A DNA stretch of 64,000 nt from positions 88,040,001-88,104,000 of the forward strand of contig OX597819.1 in NCBI GenBank assembly GCA_951406725.2, in the 5' to 3' direction. The position numbers and the translations under genes are program-made. The stretch is from Octopus vulgaris (taxonomy: Eukaryota). Under the pieces are notes generated by a model, which made no database searches, was not told the origin of the DNA, and saw only the letters and a list, made by a program, of their open reading frames with translations. Every line of letters starts with the position of its first letter. The first letter of the stretch is position 1. Below, in pieces: positions 27,791-41,550 of the stretch.

Positions 27791-28000
27791 AATAATAGCT
27801 AAATAAGTAGACAAATAGATGTGTGTGTGTGTGGGGGGATTCAATGTGAATGTGGGAGAGAGTAAGTATATATATTATATTGTTTGTAAAAAACAAATCT
27901 GAAAGAAGCACACTCTAAGATGTAGAGCAATATATAATAAAAATGGGGAAGGCCGGTTTATGGGATTAATTTTTAAGAGGTCATGGGCCAACGAGTTTTG

Positions 28001-28062
28001 GGGATCTGATGAGACATCATAAAGCTAAACTCTTTATGGACGGGGAAACCCAAGGTAATCCC
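28001..28062 (+). ncRNA. type I hammerhead ribozyme motif with canonical core inside a 145-nt hairpin
   Basis: GGGAU-CUGAUGA-GACAU CAUAAAG cuaaacu CUUUAUG GACGGG-GAAA-CC caa GG-UA/AUCCC; proximal helix II is mismatched; enclosed by AAAATGGGGAAGGC (27940-27953) / GCCTTCCCCATTTT (28071-28084). Confidence 0.6.
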
Positions 28063-28568
28063 ATACATCAGCCTTCCCCATTTTAGTCCGAGATAGGAAG
28101 AAAGAGAGCAAGAGATAACAAAATATGTCAACAACAGTGAAGATGACGACGATTAACAGAATATCTGAAGAGTAAGAAAATGCAAAGAGATGCAATAACT
28201 TTTCATAATAACTGAATTTTAAAACAATAATGAAATGAAAGCTTCTTAAAAGAAGAGAAAAAGAAATTCCTTGTTCTAATCAAATATTTTTTTAAAACCT
28301 GCTATAATGGCACCAACAGTAAATTTATGCCCTATATATTTACATAATATTGGCTTCAAATCTTGGTACAAGGCCAGCAATTTCAGAGGAGGGAATAAGT
28401 TGATTAAGTCGACCCCAGTGCTCCTGCAGTAATTATTTTATCGACACTGAAAGGTTGAAAGACAAAGCGAACCTCAGTGGAATTTGAACCTGGAATATAA
28501 AAACGGACAAAATACCACTAAGCCTTTTGCCCTGTGTGGTTGACTTTATTTTTCAAACTTCACTAATT

Positions 28569-28810
28569 ATTAACCCTCTCTTTTTTACTTCAATATATTT
28601 CTCTAGGAATACACTACCATTCTTTCAGTTTTTTTCAGCAAATAATGAAATTAGTAAAATAACTTTGTCATGAATTATTAAGTTGGTGTCTGGTACACAA
28701 ATTAACATGAAATTTTGGTGGAAGGTTTTAATTGAGATAACTTTGAAACAAGAAGTTTATATCATAGAACAAAAAACAGTTTTAGGGGAGGTGAAATCAA
28801 AAAGGATTGA
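28569..28810 (-). mobile_element. piggyBac-like (TTAA) MITE family 2, degraded
   Basis: TTAACCCT... end and an internal sequence shared with ~33655-33870, 38093-38320 and 49496-49745. Confidence 0.6.
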
Positions 28811-29845
28811 AAATTACACCAGACATGTGCAGAAATGAATTCAATTGACTAGAATATAACCCTTTCCTACAAATTAGCAGCCTTGGGTCAATGTAAGAGA
28901 TGATTACTCTTAATGATGCTATCAAATTTATAGTTCATCAAAATAAGGAGAAAATGATCTCACTGCAGAGCTATGTTGGTGGAGAGGTGTGTGACCAATT
29001 GAAAACTAACATCTGAAACACTAATCAGAAAGTCAAAGCTAACCTTGTCACTTTGTGTGAGTGTGCATGCATGCATGCAAGCAAGCATGTGTGCACAAGC
29101 ATGTATGAATATACAGCAACAGCATTACATGTCCACCTATATGTGGCCAGGTAGGTTTCTGAAGCAATGTTTTAGGGCCAGGCATCATTTGTCATCAACC
29201 TTTATGACATGGGATGTGACATCTTGTACCTATTCTAAAACTGGGATACACATGGTAACATATCTATGTGTAATTAAAAGTGTTTGAGAAAACCATGACA
29301 ATGTAAGTTGGAACTAAACAAGTAATAAGAAGACCTAAAAGAAATAAAGGTTCACACATTTTCCCCTATAGTTCAATATTTCTGCTTTTAAAGTGCTCAT
29401 CAGCAGAAAATGGAAACTAGGCTTAATTTTGATTAACTGAGATGTTGATGTAACAAGAATGGATTAGTAATATTTTATTAGTGTTGTAAAACTCTCGCTT
29501 CTTGCTGATGGAGTGAAATAGGGGATTTAATTTGCCTTTTTAATCCTCAAATTTCCAATATTCCAAACTGCCACTTAAAGCTGTGACTGTCTTGGTTAGG
29601 ACAACTCTTTAGTTTTTTAACAGATGATGCATTTGTATGAATATGTTGTTTAATATGTGCACACTGTTTGTGAATGGCACTATCATTGTACTGATGTAGT
29701 GTTTGTAAATGGCAGAGAAAAAGAAAAAGCAAGCCAAGAGAAAGAAAATTATTAAACATACTATATGATATACAATAAACTCATAGTTGCCATTAAGTCA
29801 AATAAATAAATAAGTACTCTACATTCCTCTCTAACAAATACAGCA

Positions 29846-29877
<32 letters not shown>

Positions 29878-31814
29878 CGCACACATTTATTATTATCAAA
29901 TTTTGGCAGAAGTAACAGAGTGACTCAAGGGAGAAGAGGTTCGTGTGTTAGCACTTATTTAACACAAAACCCTCAGTCCTTGAATCACTCAGTTGCTTTT
30001 GCTAAGTATTAAAATATACTCTTTTGTTTAGAGTTCTATTTTTCCTGTTTGCATTGCCAAACCTTTATATATATAAGTATATACTACAAAAAATTAAGCT
30101 AGAACATTACTTCATTGTTTGATTTGTTTTGACCAAAGCCTTAGATGACTTATGTCGGTTTATTTAATTTACACATATTACAACTGAACAACAGTATAAC
30201 TGATTAAAAGTTTTCAATGGGCTGATCAGTTGTTCACTGTATTCCAAACAACAAGTGTGACAAGGGAGTGTTTGTAAAGGAGTGTAGATCAAATATTGCA
30301 ATGGACTTCACTCAAACAGTTGGCTTTTCAGTTTTCTTGTTATTTATATCCTTCACCAATAAACAGACACATAAAATAGGTTATCGCATAGTTTCTGTTT
30401 ATCAAATTCCACTACCCAAGGTTATACAAGACATTAGCCTAAGGTGTATTGCAGTGCTGTTGAACCAAAAACAACAGAGTTGCAAAGCAACAAGAGAGAC
30501 ATACAGACATGGCTGCATCTACTTCAATGAAAGGCTGATTCCTAACTTATACATTCCTATCTCAGCTTATCCTTGAAATTAACCCAAAGCAAGCAGTTTC
30601 TTGATGAAGTGTGAAATTAAAAAAACAAAATAAAATAGAAAAAATTACATTAAAATTCCACATTAATAAATTCCATGACCAACATCAATCTAAACAGGAT
30701 ATCTAAGCTTGTAGTTACAGACTGAAAGCAATTGTCAGATTTCACCAACTGACACAAACATTTTTACAGAAAGACTATTTTGGCCACTACATAAAATAAA
30801 TGATTTTTACTACTAAGCTCGTCAACAACTCTAAAGTGTTGATATTAAGAGAATATCAAAAAAAAAAAATTTAAAAAAAAAGGTAAAATACAAAATTTAA
30901 ATGAAAAAATAAAATTTTTCATATATGTAGATTTGATAAAATAATTTGTCTGCAAATTATAATTCCATCAACTTAACACTCACAAATTATTTTTTTCCAC
31001 AAATAAAAAAAAAGTAATTATAAATATGTGGAAATATAAATGGACTCTATAACAAATGTTAATTAACAACATGTGAACTTCAAATTTTAAACACAACACA
31101 TCAGTATAAAACATGTTTAGGCTCCAGGATGAATGTTCAATATTCATTAAACCCGTTTAAGAGAAACTAATGCAACAATTGAAATATTAAGAACAATTTA
31201 AATCATACCATGTGCATAAACAGAGAAATGATCGACATTTCTAGACCACTACCCAAATGAATGACCAGTCTGAAAGACTAAACAATAAATAAATAAAATA
31301 TCTAAAATAGTTATCGAGGTAATATTGCCAGATTTAAGAAGGAAATAAAGTTTTACATTTTTCAACACCTAAACATAGAAACTATTCTCAACCATCTGTT
31401 ATGCAAGACTTAAGAAATTTCTTGGCAAACCAAACACTACAGTGTTGATTAGATTGATTGCTAGTACATATTACTCATATTCAGGTTAATGAGTCTGAAA
31501 CAATGAAAAGCAGAGTTGGTGCTCACAAGAACTGTAAGCACAAGTATATCCAGTCTGGTGATCTCTTGTTTTCACCAAAGCACCATCATGCTAAGTAACA
31601 CCTATTCTTTTACTCTTCCATTGGTTTTGCATATTTCAGTCCTTACACTAAGGCCAAACTGGAATACTGCCTCGAGTTGAATCAATCAAACTGACTCGGG
31701 TACTTATTCTGTTGGTATCTGAAGAATTTAGAATAGGAAATTTCTTACATATTTATTCAACATGTACAACTTTGTGATTCCTATTAACTAATTAAATATA
31801 TATATATATTTATG

Positions 31815-32106
31815 TGCCCTTTTCAAGCCTAGCCAGGCTCATGGGCCCGGTTTCTGTGGCGTATGTGTTCCCCCCAGCTGGACGGGACGCCAGTCCATCG
31901 CAGTGTTACTCAAGAAACAGGAAAAAAGAGTGAGAGAAAGTTGTGGCGAAAGAGTGCAACAGGGGTTGCCACCACCCCCTACTGGAGCCTCGTGGAGCTT
32001 TAGGTGTTTTTGCTCAATAAACACACACAACGCCCAGTCTGGAAATCGAAACCACAATCCTCCGACCAAGAGTCCACTGCCCTAACCACTGGGCCATTGC
32101 GCCTCC
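31815..32106 (-). mobile_element. tRNA-derived SINE family B
   Basis: Closely similar to 26147-26440; head GGAGGCGCAATGGCCCAGTGGTTAGGGCAG on the minus strand. Confidence 0.85.
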
Positions 32107-32298
32107 ACAATGAAATATAATAATGAATGAATAATACCAACAAATTTTCCAACTTCCAGTTTTGTTTTATTTATATGTATATATATATATATATATATAT
32201 TGATAAAACGGTAAGATAACAAAAGAAAGGAAGAGACCTCAATATTATGTAAATAGAGGAAATTTATCTATACAATATGTTACATTACTCGGTAGTCA

Positions 32299-32361
32299 AG
32301 ATAAAACTCTGAGTTTCAGATGCCGAAGTGGAAATCCACAACACCATCTCTTCGGTTATCT
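32299..32361 (-). ncRNA. type I hammerhead ribozyme (C4 core variant), mirror copy
   Basis: Exact reverse complement of 32404-32466. Confidence 0.7.
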
Positions 32362-32403
32362 GGCTATTTGAAAACGTTAAAAGGATAACGTTTTCAAATA
32401 GCC

Positions 32404-32466
32404 AGATAACCGAAGAGATGGTGTTGTGGATTTCCACTTCGGCATCTGAAACTCAGAGTTTTATCT
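32404..32466 (+). ncRNA. type I hammerhead ribozyme (C4 core variant)
   Basis: AGAUAA-CCGAAGA-GAUG...GUGGA uu UCCAC...CAUC-U-GAAA-CUCAGAG-UU/UUAUCU: 6-bp helix I, long helix II, quasi-palindromic helix III; predicted cleavage after 32460 (GUU). Confidence 0.7.
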
Positions 32467-35400
32467 TGACTACCGAGTAATGTAACAGATATATATATAT
32501 ATATATATATATAGTTAGATATAAAATCATCATCATGCCATTCTGGCATGGGTTGAACCAGTCAATGGGATGTGGTGAGTCAAAATGCTGTGTCATGCTC
32601 TAATGTCAAGTTTGACAGTTTCTACATTTGGATGTACTTAATGTCAATCTTTTTACAAAGTGTAATGGGTATTTATTTTTTTTTTTGTGGCACTAGTGAA
32701 AATTGCCTTGTAACTTTAATGCTGGTGCCAAGAGAAACACTTAAGTACACATACATACACATGATGGGCTTTCTCATAGTTTCTGCCTATGAATATTTGC
32801 TCATGAAGTATCAGTTGGCTTGGAACTAAAGTAGACATTTGCCTAAGATGCCACACAGTGGGACTGAATTTGAAACCATGTGGTTGAGAAACAAACTCTT
32901 TAAGTATGGTTGCACAAAATAGTTTTAAGCTATTCTAGAAAACCTGCTACTGGTTCTCCGGTGGCCAGTTGGTTGGAAGAATGTAGAATTAAGTGTTCTA
33001 TCCAAAATAAATATATATATATAAACCCACTAAGAATGGATTTGAATTGTGATGGGAGATGTGGGTAGAAGAAGGTCATTAGTAAGGGAATGACAAGTTC
33101 AGGAATAAAAGTGGCATAAAAACAGAGAAGGATTAAGAGAAATAAAAGGAAAAGTTTCTTTCAATATAACAGTAAAAGTGTATTTGCAGCATTATAATAA
33201 TGAATTGTGACACTGATCAGTACCAACACCACATCATAGAAAAGAAAAATGTAGCCAATCAACAAGGTGTGAAATGGGGGAGGTTCAAATGACATAGAAA
33301 CTTGTGTTTTGTATCTTGAAAAATATTCAACTCTCAATTTCTGATTCAATCCTATAGTTTTCAACACAACAAATAATAATAATAATATTAACTTGATAGC
33401 TAGTTTAATTGTTCCTGTGCAGGCAAAGTATTGCAATATCCTCTCTAATAATCTTTGACAAATCTAATTAAATGTCTTAGCAGCACAGAATTAATGTATT
33501 AGAAAAATGTCAAAAAATTTGTAGAAAGATTTCTTGCATATAGTTTTTTTTTTTTGATATCTACATGACAAAATAGTCATGTGGATATGATACTGGAACA
33601 CCAACTACTAAGTACTGAATTCAAATCTACTGCAGATATTTCTTTGTGTATCTGGCCCTTTTGATACTAACCTGCCTAAAACCACCCATGGTTCTATGAT
33701 ACAAATTTCCTGCTTTAAACTGATATAAATTAAAACCTGTCATCAAAATTTCTTGTTAATCTATATTCCAAACACCAGCTTAATAAACTTATGTTATTAA
33801 ATTCTTTATTATTTTCAAAATTAATTGAAATTAAAAGCAGTGTGCTTCAATAGAAGCAAAGTAACAAAAATATGTTTGGGTTTCAGTTAAGTTAGCTGTT
33901 AGATACAAAATATTTGAGGAGTGGTACCTGAAGCTAAGATAGCTTGACATTTTACCGGAAGACAAAATTTATCTTATACCTACTTAATGTACCAAACATA
34001 ACTACGCAACAACCTATAAAGACCAACCCCAACAAAACCTTTTTTGTTTTTCATTTTTCTATCAAATATATCCAGATAATGCTGAGATTTGAAAAGACAA
34101 TTATGTAAAAGAAAAGTTGGACTGACCTTATAATATTAATAAAGAGTTTCCATATCAGCCTACCAGAAAAGTATTAAGATATTAACAAATATGAAAGTAT
34201 GATATCTGAATAACTAAAGCAACACTTCTTACAAAAATAGTAGCAATAAGCAATTCTATTTCTCACCTCTCAAATCAAAATGTTAAACCTCTCCTCTTCA
34301 GCAAATTAAATTATTCAATTGGACAAGAAATATTTATAATCAGCCGAACAAAGACTAATTTCCTTGGATTCTACTGTTTTGCTTTCAGTCAAATAAACTT
34401 TTTCTATTGAAGAACTCAATCTCAAGTGTTTTTCTTGTTTTTTATTTTTCTAAATATTCTGTGTCAAGCGTATTTTTTATCCAAAAATCAATAGCTATAC
34501 TGTGGTATTTTAAGGCTAAAAAAGGTCCAAAGTTAGGTATTTTGTGATTTTGGGTAGTGTGGGAGGCAGAATGTTTGTAATTTTGACCCAGCAGTTGAAA
34601 ACACGAGGAAAAAAATGGTTTAAATTCTTTTCTTGTCTTTTTTTTTAACTAACTGGTCTTTAGCACTTAACATGAAAGTAAAGAGAAAGAGATATATTCT
34701 CTATAAAATGCACTTCAAACCATCATTTTATAAAGCTTTACCTTATTGAGAATTACTGAGAAATAAGAAGTAACACCCATATTTGATCATCATTTCAAAT
34801 GAAAACATTTGTTTTAATTCAAGTGATAAATTACTCAAATTTTTAAATAACATTTCTCTCCATGACAGCCACAGCCCCAAATTCAATGCTACCCTCTAAA
34901 TGTATTGCATTGATAATTTGATTACAAGATTGTGAAATGGTGTGTGTGTGTTCTGTGCACCCCACCACTTCCCATATTGATAATATCTTTAACACTAGGC
35001 AGACCATCTCATTATTATATATAGTCTTTACCCTCTAATACCTTCCTGCCACCTTCACTCATCCCTTTTCTAGTCCCCAGTTCTTTTCCAGAAAGTAATT
35101 CTACCTCTGTCTACATACGCTTCTTGTGTCCTCTTCTTAGTGGTGTCTTAGGTCAGACAACCATCTACCTATTATGCTGTTTAACCTTTTCAATGTGTTC
35201 ATAAAGCAGTGTTTGAATGTTTTACTACATTTTCTCCCTCTTAGCATTACATTCACCAGTCTATACTCATATATCATTTGCCTGTTTAGCTTAATTCTAA
35301 AGACTCATATATTCCTTGTGTCTAAGACTCACATTCCCTAATAGTTTGTATGCACCTATCATTGAGGTGTCGAAATCACAATGTCCAGTTAGCACTTGAT

Positions 35401-37512
35401 ACAGTGAATTCCATGTACTCCTATAAGATCTTGTCTGTTTTGTTGCACAGAACGTTTTTACCATTATATACACTGTGCTTACTCGTGTATAAATAACACC
35501 CCTAAATTAGGGTTAAATCTTGACACGAAACATTTTCCCTTCAGAGTTTTAGCTTTGCCTCATGTGTTTTTTTTCACTTAAAATCAAGTATAAAATAGTG
35601 TTACTTGTACATGGGTAAATATGGTGTGTGTGTGTGTGCACAGATGCCTATGCAATGAATGTTAACTTGTCTGCAGTAGCAGGTTGCATCTACAATAATT
35701 ACCACTGTTCTGACAATAAATGTCAATGCACTGCAGAATATATTAAAAAGGAAATCAGTATATATGTTAGTAAATTTATTTGAAGACAAGCTATTATGAG
35801 TGAAATGTTAAGTCCTACCAATTTATTTAGCTTTGAAAAAAAAAAAAAAAAAAAAAACTAAAAAGAATTATAAATAAAATAACAGATGGCTTGTCTCCAA
35901 ATGAGTGTCACAGACATCAAAAAGTATTCTATCAGTAAACATAAATAGGAGTAAATGTATACAAAGTATTCACATTTACTAAGCAAACTATGAAAGCAAA
36001 GCTCAAAAGATCAGGAAAAAAATGATGCTAAGAAATAAAACTGGCAAATAAACTTAAAATTTGGTCAAAGATATATATTTTTGTTAATAGAAATTTTTAT
36101 CAATATTTTGCATGGGTAGACTGCTCTTGCATGTACCTAAACAAAAATGAGTTTTATCTTGAAAACATTATCATGAAATGGAAAACAGCTGAATAAACCT
36201 GAAGAAATTTCAGTCACCAATGGAAAACATGAGACAACATTCTAATCAGTTGTGCAGCCCTTGTTTTCATGCATAATGCATTGTTAATAATTAGAAAGAT
36301 GTGTGTTTTACAAAATAGAGGTAAAGAAAAGCTTACAAAGCTTACAGAAATTGCATAGGAACAAATCAGAATGATGCATTGACAACACATTAAGAGTAGC
36401 CATGTGCATGTTTACCAACTGGTTCTGCACTATCACATCTTTCTATTTCTCATCTATCTAGTTTTATTCTACATTTGTCCTTCTTACCTGCCTTATATAC
36501 TGTGACATCACTTCCTCCTCCCTGACTTTTACCTTCCCTTTCAAACTGAGATTCACCATTGACTATGCCTCCACCCATGTTCACTTCTATTCTCACTTCC
36601 AACTATCTGTCATTCATTTTTGAGTCTTGAGAACCTATGCATTCACCCTCTTCTCTCATAAACACCTTCTTGTACCATGATATACCCTGACACCTCATCG
36701 CCATCATCCTTTCTCCCTTTTCTGCTGGAGTAGCTGTGTATCTCCTCTATTGCAAAACATCAGTTTTTGTTCCTCTGTTATACATTAGGCTCAACACCTA
36801 GTACAAAACCACATCTCTCAATACTGCACTCCTACTCAGTCAAAGGATCTCGTCTTATGAGTTATTAGTGACCTCAATACATATTCTAAAGTGGTTGGCA
36901 TTAGAAAGGATATTCAGCCACAGAAACATACTAAAGCAGACACTTGAGCTTAACACAGTGCTTTGGCTTGCCAGATCCTGTCAACCTGTCCAACTCATGC
37001 ATGCACGGAACACAGACATTAAATGGTAATGATGATATATATGAATTCCTGAAGGCGGGGTAGGGCTCATAGCTTTAAAGTCTCTGCCAGACTGGTGATT
37101 ATGTAATTTCTGTTCAGCTTCTATTTCCGCAGTCTGATGTCCAACCCATGCTAGCATGGAAAACGGACGCTAAATGATGATGATGATGATGTTTATGGGG
37201 TAAATATGAACAGAGAGGAAGTTCTCGAGGGTTGCATTTCCATGAATAAAGGTTTTGGTGGAGACTTTAGAGTGTGAAACATGGTTGAGAAAACAATATG
37301 ATATGCGGCTTTGGCTTAGATGATGGAGAAAATATTAATTAAATTTTCACAAGGACACTATGTTTTAAGGGCATTGTCAAGTGAGCTGACACAGGACAGA
37401 ATTTAAACTTATAACACAAATATTAAACCATTTATAGCATTTAGTTCTGTACTAAACCATTTCTACTATTCATACCCCTCCCTAAACTTAATAGTAATAA
37501 AAATTATTATTA

Positions 37513-37725
37513 AGGCAGCAAGCTTGCAGAATTGTTAGCATGTTGGGGAAAATGCTTAGCAGTATTTTGCCAGTTGCTAGTTCTCAATTGAAATTCCACC
37601 AAAGTCAACTTTGCCTTTCATCTTTTCAGGGTCAATAAATTAAGTACCAGTGAAAAATTGGGGTCGATGCAATTGACTCGTCCTCTCCTCACAATCTCAG
37701 GCCTTGTGCCTTTAGTAGGAAGGAT
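37513..37725 (+). mobile_element. SINE family C
   Basis: AGGCAGCAAGCTTGCAGAATTGTTAGCATG...AAATTCCACCAAAGTCAACTTTGCCTTTCATC...GGCCTTGTGCC with an (ATT)n tail; a second degraded copy follows at ~37750-37890. Confidence 0.7.
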
Positions 37726-39202
37726 TGTTATTATTATTATTACTGCAAACACGGGTGGGGAATTGGCAGAATTGATAGAGCATGACACAAAATGCCAGGT
37801 GGCGTTTCTTTTGGTGCTTTATATTCTAAGATCAAGTCTTATGGAAAGCAAGCTCTGCCTTTCAACTTTTCTGGTCAATAAAGTAGTAGTGAAAAACTGA
37901 TTACTAGAATTGACGAGCATACCCTTGTAAGAAAATTAATTGCATTTCATAAAATTACAATTCCTAATAAAGTTCTTATTATATTTTATTTAACTAATTC
38001 TTCTTTTTCTTATAATGGACTTCCAACATTTTTATTGGTCATAGGACATTGGATTGGCACATTGCTTAAAGTGTCAAAATGCTTTACTCTGTTTAATCCT
38101 TTTGATTTCAACTCATCTGAGACCACCCTTGGTTCGATGATACAAACTTCCTATTTTTAATTGTCCTAGATTTTAAAATTTCCATCAAAATTGTATGTTA
38201 ATTTCTATTCCAAGCATCTACTTTACATGACAATTATTTTTGCTAAGTTCTTCATTATTTTCAAAATAAATTAAAGCAATGATAGTGTATTTGAACAGAA
38301 ATATAATAACAAAGGGGTGAGTTATATGTTTTTTTGTTTTTGTTTTCGTTCAGAGTTCAAATCCCACTGAGATCAATCGACTTAGATTTTTATTATATCA
38401 AAGTTGAGAGAATAAAATACTAATCAAGTACTGGGTTAAAAACGTCAGACCATGATCCATGCAACATGCTTGGTTAGAGGCCCAACCTTCAAAATTCCTT
38501 TACAGGACTTAGAAAAACTGAAGGACCACTGCAATAAGTGTGTGACTTTGCAATGGGAACATGTTGAATAAAATCATAATTAACTGATCCTCCTGTATTT
38601 TCTTTTACCAAAAACCAGAAACTTTTCAGCACCCCTTCATATATATATACCTGCAAACACACATATCCATATACATACATAGAGATATGCAAATACATAT
38701 ATACACATGGGTGAGCTATTTGCTTAGATTGTGCACCATGTAGTATGGGAAAATCAGGTGAAATTAAAGGTGATTTATTGCCTGTTGAAATGGGCTAAAG
38801 GTATGTTATAAGGAGGTGCTAGAGCAAGTAACTTTATGGAGATTGTCAGTGGATAACCACTAATATAAGTGAAACATATGGTGAAAAGAGGGGAAAGAAG
38901 CGTTAATGATTTGAATGGTAAGAAGGAGGGAAATCCATTGTGAGTACAGAGAGTGTAAAGCATTTGCCAGACTATGGTCTTTGCTGCTGCAAGTGGGATT
39001 TATTAGTGGATGTGAAGGTACTTGTCAATGCAAGGACATATTATGAAGAACTCTGCATTAATGTTTAAGTAATTCTCAGTATCTTTATTTCCTGAAAACT
39101 TATAACTTGAGCCTTTTCTGCTGTAACAGTTGACTTCTTTTACTGTCTAAATAATAGTTTGTGTTTATATATATATATATACATATATATATATCCACAC
39201 AT

Positions 39203-40554
39203 AAATCTTTGTCCTTATTTTACCAGTTCCCTGACTAGGTGTGATTAATTTATTATCATACAATGTTTACAATGAAATGGTTAATGTTATTTTTGACACT
39301 CCTTTTCTTCCTCAATCTTCTAAGTATATATTTTTCAAAAGGCTAGAACCTTGGTGACCAATCACTTTCAGTTATTTGCTGAGTCACTATTACTGTTAAT
39401 AAGATTATTTTACACTTTACTACTAATAAATATATTTACATGTATAGCATATTTTCAAAATTGGTTGAATAACAATGTATTTTATATATATGTATATATA
39501 AAAAATACATGGAAAACTACAATCCTATTTTATAAAAGGAGCACTACTAAGTATGCAATAAAAGCCAAATAGCTAATAAATTGTGAGCTCATGAGTTGAT
39601 TTCATTGCACAGTATCTTGGGGAAAGTGACTTACCTTAAATCATGAGCAACTCAAATCTTTTGAGCGCAATTGGATAGATAGATAGAAACTGTGATGAGA
39701 TCCACTGAATGACTGACACACATTACAAGTACAATCAGTCATTCAATGGACCTCAACACAGTTTCCATCTATCCAATTGCAGTCAAAAGAGTTACCTATA
39801 GTTCAGGGTAAGCCACTTGCCCAAGATACTGTTCAATGACATAAACCCGCAAGCTCATAATTTATTAGCCACTTGGCTTTTGTTGCATATATAGTAGTGC
39901 ACCTTTTATAAAACAGGATTGCAGTTTACCATGTATCTTATTATTATGCTGTGCTGGAGAAGAAGACCCATCAAGCCAAGTAAAAGTGCAGTTGTGGAAT
40001 ATACTGGTGTCACAAATGGCACCTGTGCCAGTGGTACGTAAAAGAACCCATTACACTCTCTGAGTGGTTGTCGTTATGAAGGGCATCCATTAGTAGAAAC
40101 CATGCCAAATCAGACTGGAGTCGGGTGCTGCCTTCCAGCTTGCCAGCCCTGGTCAAGCTTTCCAACCCATGCCAGCATGGACAACAGACATTAAATGATG
40201 ATGATGACTTAACACAATGAATATGGCCAATTCTGAAAATCATGCTTTTATAGGTGTCTCTAAATGTGCATGAATGAAATAACTGAAATGTTGGTGTTGT
40301 TAAGTCAAACAGTGCTATAAATAATATATTTAATAGTAGTAAAGTGTAAAATAATCTTATTAACAATAATAGTGATTCAGCAAATAACTGACAATGATTG
40401 ATCACCAGGTCCTATCCTTTTGAAAAACATATGATTTGAGGATTGAGGAGGAAAAGGAGTGTCAAAACTAACATTAACTGTGTTGCTGTAAATATCATAA
40501 GATAATAAAAAATTAATCATACCAAGTCATAAAGCTGGTAAAAATAAGGACAAA
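39203..40554. repeat. old ~1.35-kb diverged inverted duplication (foldback)
   Basis: Outer arms ~39203-39438 / ~40318-40554 and inner arms ~39505-39716 / ~39735-39936, centred near 39725; ORFs 39351(+) and 40010..40405(-) share QLFAESLLLLIRLFYTLLL. Confidence 0.85.
39945..40206 (+). mobile_element. RTE-related SINE or LINE 3' end (family D)
   Basis: GAAGGGCATCCA...CCAACCCATGCCAGCATGGACAACAGACATTAAATGATGATGATGA tail; related copies at ~36840-37035, 37140-37190, 40790-41130(-), 53349-53565(-) and 56690-56770(-). Confidence 0.7.
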
Positions 40555-41519
40555 ATGGGTAAAAAAAATATCAAAAGCTACCTTTTACCACTACCACCAC
40601 CAAAATAAAACTTTTACCACACATGTACTCAGAATATTAAAGAAAGGAGAAGTAAGTTATTGGAGCATTTAAGAAATTTTGTAAGAAGGTGTATTCTGAT
40701 ACATGACAAAGTTGTTTTTAAAAAACTCATATTTCATGATAGAGGTTATAAACTGTTTATAAAAAATATTAAAGTGAAAAATGTCAAAATTTCCATTTTC
40801 CATGCTGGCATGGACTGGATGGTTTAATTGGAGCCAGCAATTCAGTGAGGCTGTGCCAAGCTCTTTTGTCTGATTTGGCATGGTTTCTATGGTTGGATGC
40901 GCTTCCTAATGCCAACTACTTTACAGAGTGGACTGGGTGCTTTTTTCATGGCACCAACACTAGCAGGATAACTTTGTCGCAAGACAAAGACCCTCAGCTG
41001 GTCGGTGTGGAGTAGCATTAACAGAAGTGGCTTTGTGCCAGTTGATGAGAGGTTAAAAGTATAAATGAGGGACAGAGATAGGTGTCTTGCTGTGGAGGAG
41101 ATACATGGATACCTCAGTTGGAAAAGAAAGGAGAGAAAGAGAGTTAGAGAGAAAGAAATAATCAGAGAGATGATGATGGTGGAGATTTGAAAACCATCTT
41201 TCATATCACTAATTCACATCTTGTGGCAGACATAGGCATCTTCATGAATAAAATTTCCTCTTTAAAGCCCTACACTCCACTTCTATATTCTGTTTCTATA
41301 TGAATAACTCTGCATCTCTAAATCTATATATTTAATTGTATCCATTGCTCTATTTACAGAGAGGAAATATTCATGAAACTTTTACAGGAATAGCTGTGTG
41401 TCTAAGATGTCCCCTTCACAAACACTTAGTTTCAAGTTCAATTAATTTGTGCAACATCCTGGTTGATTAATGCTTCATGAGTGAAATTTTCCAGAGGAAA
41501 CTGCATGGAAGATTGTTGA

Positions 41520-41550
<31 letters not shown>

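Larger units (their letters stand above)
32201..32487. mobile_element. palindromic Penelope-like pLTR fragment inserted in (TA)n
   Basis: Perfect 102-bp inverted arms 32278-32379 / 32386-32487 with a 6-nt spacer (AAAGGA); the left arm extends to 32201; (TA)n on both sides. Confidence 0.8.

Noticed and set aside
29362-29410. Minus-strand CUGAUGA-GC...GCA-GAAA hammerhead-like words
   Set aside because: No credible helix I or helix III.
35336-35393. CACCU:AGGUG hairpin followed by GAAA...UGUC/CAGUUAG, a possible HHR relic
   Set aside because: The CUGANGA box is absent; too degenerate to support without a family consensus.
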